Assembly: GCA_038045445.1 (NCBI GenBank) | Contig: JBBSYC010000008.1 | Span: forward strand, 870 to 64,869 | DNA length: 64,000 nt | Direction: 5' to 3' | Origin: Nanobdellota archaeon | Lineage (GTDB): Archaea; Nanobdellota; Nanobdellia; Pacearchaeales; GW2011-AR1 | Part shown: positions 48,145-56,781 of the stretch, in pieces | Layout of the letters: every line of letters begins with the position of its first letter | How positions within the stretch are numbered: the stretch's first letter is position 1 | The notes under the pieces: model-generated | Database searches by the model: none | What the model saw: only the letters and a program-made list of their open reading frames with translations | Told to the model about the DNA's origin: nothing | Translations under genes and position numbers: made by a program

Positions 48145-49176
48145 TTACGAACCAGAACTTACTGTTGAACCAAATATTAATTTACCAGTACATGTTCCTG
48201 CAACACCCATTGGTACGTAAATTCTCCAATATGTTGCATTGACATGGTCTACATAGGGGTCTGAATCATTTCTTCTTTGAGCTAAATTGAACCTACGAAC
48301 GGTGTTTAAAGATGTAAGGTTTTGATATTGCGATTCAAACTGTCCTAAAGTCATTGTGCCACTTGTATTTGAAGCTGTAAGATTATACTTCTGATAGTAA
48401 ACAGAGATATTCTGGACATTTCCAAGCGTACAGTTCATTGATAAGTTGTCTCCTTGCGTTACTGCATAACCTTGCAATGAAAGATTAACCAATGCATTTC
48501 CAAAGTTTGTTACATTTAGAGTGCGCTCATTTGATACATCGGTTCCATTTACGGTGCCATAATCTACTGATCCTGGAAGTCCTATTGCCATCAAAGTATT
48601 CACATAAGACAACTGTCCTTCTGTATCTGTACGTGAAGTATTGTCCATAACGACGACTGAAGCATTCCAAGTAGCGTTGTTTGCATAATATTGTAATGGT
48701 AAGATACATGTTGCGTTTACCTCGTAAGCTGTTCCGTAAGTTGTGTCTATTGAGCAGGTTTGATTTGTGTAATGATTATTATTATCATCTGAAGCTCCGA
48801 GAGTGGTTTCTAATGTATCGAAGAATGTTACAGAAACATTTTGTATATTTGCCTCTCCGTTAAAATCTCTTGCGACGACTAGCACGACAGTGTTTGAGGT
48901 AGAATTTGCAGTCAAATCTATTCCGTTTCCTCCGTTAACTTGAATAGATAATATTTCTGGAGGAACTGCCCCCACATCTAACCGCGTATTTACTGTAACA
49001 TTTTCACCTATTCCTGCAAATGTAAAACTTGAAAACATGAAGATTACCGATAACATCAATGCAAGTTCCAAAGAGTAAAACAAGTAAAATGCCATTTTTT
49101 TAATTGCATAAACTCTGTTAAATCTTTTTTTTCTTTTCATTTCAGTTGAAATTTCTTTTTTATCTGAAATAGCCAT
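48145..49176 (-). CDS. secreted sequon-rich protein (hypothetical surface/S-layer-associated)
   Basis: N-terminal TM/signal (MAFYLFYSLELALMLSVIFMFSSFTFA), then a beta-rich Asn/Thr-rich domain; 343 aa. Confidence 0.5.
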   Translation of the reverse strand: MAISDKKEISTEMKRKKRFNRVYAIKKMAFYLFYSLELALMLSVIFMFSSFTFAGIGENVTVNTRLDVGAVPPEILSIQVNGGNGIDLTANSTSNTVVLVVARDFNGEANIQNVSVTFFDTLETTLGASDDNNNHYTNQTCSIDTTYGTAYEVNATCILPLQYYANNATWNASVVVMDNTSRTDTEGQLSYVNTLMAIGLPGSVDYGTVNGTDVSNERTLNVTNFGNALVNLSLQGYAVTQGDNLSMNCTLGNVQNISVYYQKYNLTASNTSGTMTLGQFESQYQNLTSLNTVRRFNLAQRRNDSDPYVDHVNATYWRIYVPMGVAGTCTGKLIFGSTVSSGS

Positions 49177-49177
49177 T

Positions 49178-49966
49178 TTAGGTTAGCTCCACATAAATAT
49201 AATATGCTGTTGAACCACTAAATCCTTGATACCCTATTTCTGGGACTATCATCTGGAAATCGTACTTTGCATTGTCAAAACCTGTCGTATCTTCTTCCAT
49301 TATTGTTGCGTAAATTGTATTGGAACCAGCAGGCTCATATAACACAATTTCTTCAAAATCCGTATCTTGGGTTGCATTATTTACGTATGTATTTAATGTC
49401 GGGCAACTATTTGCTAATATATTTGCTGTTGCAACAAAAAAAGAGCTATGGCTCCCGTTTATTCCATTGTTAAAAGTGCGAGTGATATTATCATTAACTT
49501 GTGTATGGTTCATCCTTATATTTTCAGATTCAAGAGTTGTTATATTGCTACAATTCAAAGTTGCCCACGATATGCTTGATGAATTTCTAGTTGCATAAAT
49601 CTCTCCTGTAATTGTTGTTAGTGACCAATCATATATCGTGCTTCCCGAAGCATCATCTAAAGCAAAACTACCCGTAACATTACCTACGAAAGCTTTCCAT
49701 CGGACATTTTGTGTAGATGTAGTAATGTTTATTGTTGCAATTCTTCCTCCAGAAATGTTGAGATTGTAACCTGACAAAGTTGTAGAAGTCTCATTGCTTA
49801 CTATACCTATTGTATCTGGTCCAGTTGGTGCTGCAGATGTAAATGAAAATGTTTGTAAAAAGAATATTCCTATTATAAACAACAGAACCAATGGTACTTC
49901 TACTCGAAGACTATTCTTTAATGACTTTTTGTATTCTTCATAGACCATTGTACTCTCTTTATTCAA
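49178..49966 (-). CDS. secreted sequon-rich protein, paralog A
   Basis: Signal peptide, then a C-terminal block EEIVLYEPAG...TTGFDNAKYDFQMIVPE...YYIYVELT that is paralogous to the next gene. Confidence 0.55.
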   Translation of the reverse strand: MNKESTMVYEEYKKSLKNSLRVEVPLVLLFIIGIFFLQTFSFTSAAPTGPDTIGIVSNETSTTLSGYNLNISGGRIATINITTSTQNVRWKAFVGNVTGSFALDDASGSTIYDWSLTTITGEIYATRNSSSISWATLNCSNITTLESENIRMNHTQVNDNITRTFNNGINGSHSSFFVATANILANSCPTLNTYVNNATQDTDFEEIVLYEPAGSNTIYATIMEEDTTGFDNAKYDFQMIVPEIGYQGFSGSTAYYIYVELT

Positions 49967-50768
49967 GCTCTACGAAAAAGAAGTATGTAACAGCACTTAC
50001 ATCAGTACCATGTCCATCTTCTAAAACTAGCATCTCGAAATCATTATCTCCATTATTGAAACCTGTTACGGAAGTTTCTTCGATAAGTGATGCGAACACA
50101 ACGCTTCTTGTTGCTGGCTCGTATAGAAGGACTTCTTCAAATTGCTGGTCGACTGCACCACTTGAACTGTAAACTCTTGTGCTTCTGCATTCATTTGATG
50201 AAAATTGTAAGTTTGCTGTAAAGAATGCGTCATGGTCTTGAAGAGTGAATGTGTTGTTAACTCCGTCTGCATCAAATGAGGCTATATTAAAACGAGATTC
50301 TAACTGTGTGAGATTCAAACCGCCTACACTTGTTGCTCCAGCAGTTTCTCCACCTATGCCCCCTTGGGTTCCATTTGCGGTGAAATTGAAACATTGTATT
50401 GAGCCCCAGGTTATTGTGGAGTTTGTGGAAGCATAGACTTCTCCTTGTGGACTTGCTAAAGACCAATTGTAAATAGCCTGATTATTAGCGTTTGCAAGCT
50501 GTATTGTACCTGTAACATTTCCAAAGTAACCTTGCCATGTTTGAGTTACTGAATAACCTGATATTGTAAGTTCTGTAATGTTTCCAGCAAATGCTGTTGC
50601 ATTACCTGCGGTGTCTGCAGGAGCTCTTGAAGTTGAAACGTTTGTAACTGATGCACCGAAAGGTTCAACAGCAATTGATAAAGGTAAAAGAAATAGAGAA
50701 AGCATAAATGTAAAAGTTAATAGAATATTCAGATTCAAATTCTTAATCATCGCGTTCTTTGTCACCAT
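49959..50768 (-). CDS. secreted sequon-rich protein, paralog B
   Basis: Signal peptide; C-terminal EEVLLYEPAT...VTGFNNGDNDFEMLVLE...YFFFVELE. 8-nt overlap with paralog A. Confidence 0.55.
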   Translation of the reverse strand: MVTKNAMIKNLNLNILLTFTFMLSLFLLPLSIAVEPFGASVTNVSTSRAPADTAGNATAFAGNITELTISGYSVTQTWQGYFGNVTGTIQLANANNQAIYNWSLASPQGEVYASTNSTITWGSIQCFNFTANGTQGGIGGETAGATSVGGLNLTQLESRFNIASFDADGVNNTFTLQDHDAFFTANLQFSSNECRSTRVYSSSGAVDQQFEEVLLYEPATRSVVFASLIEETSVTGFNNGDNDFEMLVLEDGHGTDVSAVTYFFFVELE

Positions 50769-50890
50769 CTTTTGAGGATAAAAACCGTTTGTATATTTAA
50801 ATCTTTCTTTTTTAAAAAATTTATAGACGATTAATTTCTAAGGATATTTACTTACATTAGGTGAAATTTTGCAAAAAAACTCAAAGTTCC

Positions 50891-53770
50891 CTACACAAAT
50901 CTCTTAAGTTGCTCATATATTCTTGGCTTGTTTTCTTCAGATATTGAAAGATATAACTCTTGAATACGTCTATAAACTTCATGCGCTTGCTCATTCATTC
51001 CCTCTTTGATTAAATCTGAATAATCTTTTATTAAAAGAAGTGCCTCATAATAGGCTAAATCTCTACAAAAGGAATTAATTTTTTCATAAATCATAGCTTT
51101 GGCTCCTCTTGGAACTCTTGAATATATCTCTGCCATATGAGGGTAAATACTTTTTGCGCTCTCTATATCTCCTGAAGCAATAAATGATTTACTTCTTTGA
51201 ATAAGGCGGATAATCTCTTTTATTTGGGAATGTTCTGCATACTTCCCATATTTTCTTTCTTTGTATGAATAAATTCCTCCAGTCATTAAAAGAGTAATTA
51301 CTATAAACCATCCAAAGATTATTGAAATTCCCCCAAAACTATTAAACGAACCAAGAATTGTAAAACCTGTTACTCTGTTAGATGATGAACTTATTTTTTC
51401 TTCAAAAAGTAGGGAATCTATTTTCTTTATATTTTCCTGCGAGAGATGTCCGTTTATATTGTAGACTAACTTATTATCTTCTAAGTCTTCTGATTTAATC
51501 AAGAACATTTCTTTAGAGATTACAATTTCATTAGGGATCATTACCATTAGAGATTCTCCTTGAGCTATTTGAGAGATAACTTCAAGAACCTCGAAAGAAG
51601 AATCATCTGCATTTTGCAAAGTTTTCACAATCAAAGTTAGTTGTTTTTCTTCGTCTTTGTATTCTAAAGATATTTTTAAGTATCTTGTAGAAACCCTTAG
51701 ATTTTCCTGTAATTCTTCTGTATGTTCAATCATTCTTTTCCTCTCGCCACGACTTAGTTCCAGATTCTTTGCTGAAATATATTTATCTATTACTTCTTCT
51801 ATTGATGAATCCACCCTATTCTTTACAAAATCTCCTGAATCTGAAACTTCTATTGAATTTGGAATGCTTCTGGATATATTTTCTAACTCTTCATATAGCT
51901 CAAGACGCCTTTCCTCTCTGCGTTTTGCGTCTGTTATGAATTGGATATCGTTTTGAAGGTCTTGTTTTATTTGACCTAATTTCTTTTGATAGAATATCAT
52001 TTCCTTATTTATTCCCAATATCTCTATTGCTTCCTGTTCTTCTCTACTATACCCTTCATATCCCAAAAAAGATTCTATTCGGTCTAAAAGATCTCTTATT
52101 TTGGAATCTCCCTCAAAAGTTTTATTCTGAAACAATCTTGATTGTGTCTGATTTGAATTGCTTGAAAAATATTCAAAATCTCGAGTCTTGGAGACCATTG
52201 AATTATTTATTGCTCTGCACTCAACCTCCCAAGAATAATCTCCTTCATCAAAACTAATTAAATTAACTATTGAAACTACTCCTGAAATTACTGTTTTATT
52301 AACTAAAGAATATACTCTTTCTCCTATTTGACTACTGTTATAATAATATAAATTGAAACTGCAATTTGATACATTCCCTGTTGGCAAGTATGTGAAATTT
52401 ATGCTAGTTGTTGAAATGGAAGAATCATCTGCAGGGGATATTAAAGATAAACTTATTGGGGAAGAATTATTTGAACTCAAATTTGACAGAGTTAGAACAT
52501 TAATTGTAAGGGATTTTGTTATTAAAGACAACCCATCTATTACGCTTATTGAGGCATTGTAAGTGCCTGCTAAGGTGTAATTGTGAGTTATTAGTCTATT
52601 TATGTTTCTATCAAATACTGGTCCAAGAGATGAACCATCTCCAAAGAAAATTGTGTAATATATACTACGGTTGTCTAATGAATTCAAATTTAATTGAAAC
52701 GGAACGTTCTGGCCCATGATAATCGTGTCTGAAGAGGTTGTGAAATTAACAGTCAAAGAATAATCTAAATTAACCGAGAATGTTTCAGACAATGACGAAT
52801 TTATTGAACCATTAACTGAATCGTAACATTCAAGTGTCCATGAATAAATTCCATTTGATAGGTTTGTTGAAGATATGGTTAAAGATTCGTTATGGGGGTG
52901 TGCAATAAGCCCATAAATCTCCCTTTCGCTATTTGATATACTAAAGTTGCACAAAATGTCGTTTAGATGTGCATAATCTAAAGAATATTGAAAATTTAAT
53001 TCTTGTATTGAATTTATTGTTCCTGAAGGTGCTGAAATTCTATTTAGGATTAATGAGGAAGAATTTGAAGATGTTGTGAAATTAATGATTATTCTAAAAG
53101 ACTGATCTGAAAGATGAGGCACAATAAAAGAAATGCGTTCATACATCCCGTTTGAATTTTCATCATGGAACTCTACTTCAAACGATGGATCATCAATTCT
53201 ATCTTCTTCTTCCTGGTTTGAATTGGTCCAATATAAATGAACTTGTTCTACATCTTCAATCTCTGGAATATTTGTGTAAACTCTTAGAGGTCTATTGAAA
53301 TGAATATCGCTTGACACAGTTAGGGATTTTATGAGTGAATCTTCTGAAGATGATTCGATGCTTTCCTCTTTTGTTATTGAAATGTCTGAATCTCTTTCAA
53401 TTAAAGTTTCTATTTCCATAAGACCATTTTTTGTTTTTGTGTAGGGGATTAATTCTTCTGATTTATTTTCTTGAATTTGAGAGATATTTTCGGAGCTATT
53501 TTCTTGTTCTGGATTTTCAGAGTATGCTTGAGGAATTTCGGCATTCTCTAGGGTTTCATTGTTTTCGGAAGTTTCTTCAGTAACTTCTTCTAAAAATGGA
53601 TTGATTGTTTCTTCTGAATTCTCTTCAATTGAAATTTCATTTGGAACTAAATCAGATATTTCTTCTATGAAATCTTGTCCTAAAACAACAAATCCTGTCA
53701 ATACAGATAATAAAATCATTACTGCCAAAAAAATAGAAGTACGCAAAGGATCAAGAACTATACTAGACAT
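50891..53770 (-). CDS. single-pass membrane protein with an extracellular PKD-like domain and a cytoplasmic helical tail
   Basis: N-terminal TM/signal, an acidic linker, a PKD-like motif (...YYTIFFGDGSS...), a TM near residue ~790 (GGISIIFGWFIVITLLMTGG) and a C-terminal tail with I-Y helix repeats; 959 aa. Confidence 0.55.
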   Translation of the reverse strand: MSSIVLDPLRTSIFLAVMILLSVLTGFVVLGQDFIEEISDLVPNEISIEENSEETINPFLEEVTEETSENNETLENAEIPQAYSENPEQENSSENISQIQENKSEELIPYTKTKNGLMEIETLIERDSDISITKEESIESSSEDSLIKSLTVSSDIHFNRPLRVYTNIPEIEDVEQVHLYWTNSNQEEEDRIDDPSFEVEFHDENSNGMYERISFIVPHLSDQSFRIIINFTTSSNSSSLILNRISAPSGTINSIQELNFQYSLDYAHLNDILCNFSISNSEREIYGLIAHPHNESLTISSTNLSNGIYSWTLECYDSVNGSINSSLSETFSVNLDYSLTVNFTTSSDTIIMGQNVPFQLNLNSLDNRSIYYTIFFGDGSSLGPVFDRNINRLITHNYTLAGTYNASISVIDGLSLITKSLTINVLTLSNLSSNNSSPISLSLISPADDSSISTTSINFTYLPTGNVSNCSFNLYYYNSSQIGERVYSLVNKTVISGVVSIVNLISFDEGDYSWEVECRAINNSMVSKTRDFEYFSSNSNQTQSRLFQNKTFEGDSKIRDLLDRIESFLGYEGYSREEQEAIEILGINKEMIFYQKKLGQIKQDLQNDIQFITDAKRREERRLELYEELENISRSIPNSIEVSDSGDFVKNRVDSSIEEVIDKYISAKNLELSRGERKRMIEHTEELQENLRVSTRYLKISLEYKDEEKQLTLIVKTLQNADDSSFEVLEVISQIAQGESLMVMIPNEIVISKEMFLIKSEDLEDNKLVYNINGHLSQENIKKIDSLLFEEKISSSSNRVTGFTILGSFNSFGGISIIFGWFIVITLLMTGGIYSYKERKYGKYAEHSQIKEIIRLIQRSKSFIASGDIESAKSIYPHMAEIYSRVPRGAKAMIYEKINSFCRDLAYYEALLLIKDYSDLIKEGMNEQAHEVYRRIQELYLSISEENKPRIYEQLKRFV

Positions 53771-53774
53771 CTAA

Positions 53775-53984
53775 TCATACCTCCGAGGACTCATGTCCCT
53801 TTCTTTTTAAAAAGCCTTCGTTATACATCCATAGAGTCAATATCTTACTCACTACGTCTTGTTCGTTACTGCCTAAAACTCCTATGAGTCCTTGAATTAT
53901 CTCTTGCTGGCTTGTGGTAATTGTTCCCCTTACTACTGTTGTCTCGCTTCTTAAATAGTTACTTTTTTGTTCTTTTTTAGGCAT
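53775..53984 (-). CDS. small putative ribbon-helix-helix-like protein (hypothetical regulator)
   Basis: 69 aa. A predicted beta-strand (TTVVRGTITT) is followed by two helices. It lies 4 nt upstream of the 959-aa gene. The fold assignment is inference only. Confidence 0.3.
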   Translation of the reverse strand: MPKKEQKSNYLRSETTVVRGTITTSQQEIIQGLIGVLGSNEQDVVSKILTLWMYNEGFLKRKGHESSEV

Positions 53985-54100
53985 TTTTTAGTAACTATTT
54001 AAGACCTAATTGATATATAAACCTTTTTGTTTGAATTTTGAGTTTAGAGAGATATTAAACACTCGAAAAATTACTGTGAACTGAAGAAATAAATAGTCTG

Positions 54101-56248
54101 GTGAAAAATAAGATTATGCTAATTAAGAAGATTATGGTTGTGGTTTTAGCTATTTTATTTATTTGGTTTGTACACGCCCAAAATAATGTAAATACTGGGA
54201 TTAATGTTACCTCTGAAAACTTTAGACCTGTTTTTTCAGGAACAATTCCCAATATCACTATCGCAATGGGTGCTAACGTTACTAATGCACTGGACTTAAA
54301 TTCTTACTTCTTTGATAATGAAACTCTGACTTACTCCTATTCTGACGTGCAAAATATTAGTGTTTCTATAAATCAATCTGGAAACTCTTCAAACGTTTCA
54401 TTTTATCCAGATTTTAACTTTGAGGGGCTTAGAAATATTACCTTTACGGCTAGTGATGGCTATTTATCTGAAGAGAGTAATAGAGTTTTCATAAATGTGA
54501 CTAATGACTCTATTCCCCCATGGTGGAGTAATCCTTCTAAAAGCAGAGCTACAATATATCAAAATGATTATGTTATTTTTTCTACTACTTGGACAGATAA
54601 TTTGAGACTTAAAGAATCTATATTTTCAATAAGTGAGAATAATGAATGGGAGAATTATACTTCACAAACACTTACAGGAACTAATGCTACGTCTTATGAA
54701 GGAGTTCAGATAAGTGCGAGACCAGGTTCTCAAGTTTACTGGAGATTTTATGCAAAGGATAGTGCAGGTAATACTAATGTTACAAATACAGAAAGTTTTG
54801 TTGTTTCTTATCCTGATGAAAGTGGAGAATCAAATTCGTCAAATGGTTCAAGTAATTCAAATTCGAAAGGAGACATTAACATTAAAAAAGCACAGGAGCT
54901 TTATACTTTTGAGATTGACCCTGAAGTTTCATCTTTTAAAATGGAAACTAAACAGGGAAATACTGAAACAATAATTTTGAAATTTACTAATACGGGTAAT
55001 CAGATACTTAATTTTAATATAACTATTTTGGGGCTTGAAGTTTTCGAGATAAGCATGAGTGAATCTGCATTTGAACTTCTTCCAGGAGAATCTAAAACAG
55101 TAGTAATAGAAATTAAAGTAGATAGATTTATGACTCCCGATATTTATTTTGGAAGCATATTTGTTAGAGTAAATCAAAGAACTATTACCATTCCAGTTTC
55201 AATAATAGTTAATCCTTCAATAAGCGAATATAACTTATCGCTACAAATCCCGGAAGATTACCAGTTCATAAAACAAGGAAAAGAGGCTTATGCAAATATA
55301 ACTCTTGAGAGTCTAAAAGATATCTTAGCCACTTCTGGAACAATTTATTATGCAATTAGAGATTTGAGTGGAAACGTAATAGACTCTAATCAAGAAGATT
55401 TTTCATTTCAATCTCAAAAAATCGAGTTTTATAAAAAGTTGAGGTCTACTGATGAAACTAAACCTGGAGAGTACATATTTTATGCAAGGGCTACTATTGA
55501 AGGCGAAAGCATTCTTGCGGCAGATACGCTCATTATAGGTCAAAGATTTATTCTTGGAGCATTCATTAAATCTAATTTGGTTATTCTGATAATAATCTTA
55601 TTGATATTGTCTTCAATTATATTTTATGTGAGATATATGAAAAATATGAAGAGGTTGCGATTACTCAATCTTTATGTGGTTATACAAGATATGAAATCTC
55701 TGCTTAAAGAAGGAAAAATTGACTTAGCAATTCAGCAGTTTATCAGAGTTAAACAGATATATGGAGAAACCATAAGTTATACTGGTTCTAATAAAGAAGA
55801 GTTAATAAAAAACATGAATGAATTAATTAAAAGGATAGAAACTCTTAAATCTGAAAATCCCTCTTCTACTCAGAGTAATCCTCAAAATAATGATACTCTG
55901 GACAAGAGCCCAAATACTAATGAAAAAAAAGCAGAGGATAAAGATATGGCTGTTTTGAAGAACGAACCTGCTAAAGACAATAACATTTCACTACCTGCAG
56001 AAAATATAAAAATTGATTCGGGTGTTCAATTTAATGTTGGGGTTGCTAAAGAGAGTTCCTCTAATAAGCCTAACTCTGAAGATTTGGATGCTCTAAGTGT
56101 TCCACACACTAAAGTGCGTGGTTTCCAAACACTTCGACATGAGAAAATTTCAAAGAAAAAAGAAACGCCAAGTAATTTTATTTCTAAGGGGGTTAAAAAT
56201 AAAAATGAAATCGAAAACAAGAATAATAAAAAGAAAAAAGACAAATAA
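54101..56248 (+). CDS. exported single-pass membrane protein with a large Asn/Ser-rich ectodomain and a cytoplasmic tail
   Basis: Signal peptide MKNKIMLIKKIMVVVLAILFIWFVHA, a TM (LVILIIILLILSSIIFYV), then a Lys-rich tail. The 3' ~110 nt overlap the motif-C-associated start at 56139, so the true C-terminus is uncertain. Confidence 0.55.
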   Translation: MKNKIMLIKKIMVVVLAILFIWFVHAQNNVNTGINVTSENFRPVFSGTIPNITIAMGANVTNALDLNSYFFDNETLTYSYSDVQNISVSINQSGNSSNVSFYPDFNFEGLRNITFTASDGYLSEESNRVFINVTNDSIPPWWSNPSKSRATIYQNDYVIFSTTWTDNLRLKESIFSISENNEWENYTSQTLTGTNATSYEGVQISARPGSQVYWRFYAKDSAGNTNVTNTESFVVSYPDESGESNSSNGSSNSNSKGDINIKKAQELYTFEIDPEVSSFKMETKQGNTETIILKFTNTGNQILNFNITILGLEVFEISMSESAFELLPGESKTVVIEIKVDRFMTPDIYFGSIFVRVNQRTITIPVSIIVNPSISEYNLSLQIPEDYQFIKQGKEAYANITLESLKDILATSGTIYYAIRDLSGNVIDSNQEDFSFQSQKIEFYKKLRSTDETKPGEYIFYARATIEGESILAADTLIIGQRFILGAFIKSNLVILIIILLILSSIIFYVRYMKNMKRLRLLNLYVVIQDMKSLLKEGKIDLAIQQFIRVKQIYGETISYTGSNKEELIKNMNELIKRIETLKSENPSSTQSNPQNNDTLDKSPNTNEKKAEDKDMAVLKNEPAKDNNISLPAENIKIDSGVQFNVGVAKESSSNKPNSEDLDALSVPHTKVRGFQTLRHEKISKKKETPSNFISKGVKNKNEIENKNNKKKKDK
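56102..56121. promoter_or_regulatory. palindromic motif copy C (ccacacactaaagtgcgtgg)
   Basis: Identical to copy B over 23 nt (ccacacactaaagtgcgtggttt), with the same spacing to an ATG. Confidence 0.6.
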
Positions 56249-56762
56249 AAATCCGTTAAAAGAGGATTTTTCTAATAGTAAAAAAATTGTTCATCCCTCC
56301 CGTTCTTCAAAAATTATTTCGACCGAAACTAAATTAAGAGGTCTACAAGATGATGTTGATTTAAATTCAGATAAACTTAAAGAAATTATAAAGATAGGAG
56401 ATTTACAAGAGATACATACAACTATTGATTTGATTACTGAAAAACAATATCACCAATTAGCAGAACATTATAAAAAAACAGTTTTAGAAAATAATGGGCT
56501 GAAAATAATGTTTTCCCAATCAGCGGATAAGCAACAAGCTCTTCTTTGGTTAAAGAGAGAACTTGTTTCCGATTTAAATGAGAAATATGAGGCCTTAAAG
56601 AAAAAAATAAGCGATAAAAGAAAAAGTGGTTCAGATGTTTATATTGCATGGATTATTTCTATGAGAATCCCATTGAAAATAAAGATGTATTCAACTACAC
56701 TTGAAAAAAGAGATTTATATAAAATAAAACAATTATTTGGTGAAGTTGAAAAAAATTTATAA
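56139..56762 (+). CDS. hypothetical basic/coiled-coil protein downstream of motif C
   Basis: The start was set at the ATG with conserved motif spacing. The ORF-track N-terminus HTLKCVV..HFD is just translation of the DNA motif, as in the 32.4-kb copy. 207 aa, Lys-rich N-terminus. Confidence 0.4.
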   Translation: MRKFQRKKKRQVILFLRGLKIKMKSKTRIIKRKKTNKNPLKEDFSNSKKIVHPSRSSKIISTETKLRGLQDDVDLNSDKLKEIIKIGDLQEIHTTIDLITEKQYHQLAEHYKKTVLENNGLKIMFSQSADKQQALLWLKRELVSDLNEKYEALKKKISDKRKSGSDVYIAWIISMRIPLKIKMYSTTLEKRDLYKIKQLFGEVEKNL

Positions 56763-56781
56763 ATTTTTGATAATCTCTCGT

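Noticed and set aside
32417-56121. CRISPR array interpretation of the repeated 20-nt motif
   Set aside because: Only three copies exist, with irregular spacing (58 nt and 23.6 kb). There are no uniform spacers and no cas genes. Each copy is tied to an ATG instead.
56097-56138. ORF-track N-termini 'MFHTLKCVVSKHFD' and 'HHTLKCVVLLRHFD' (the latter within the 32431 ORF)
   Set aside because: The shared peptide is just a translation of the conserved DNA motif. The starts were moved to the ATG at conserved spacing (56139 and 32515).
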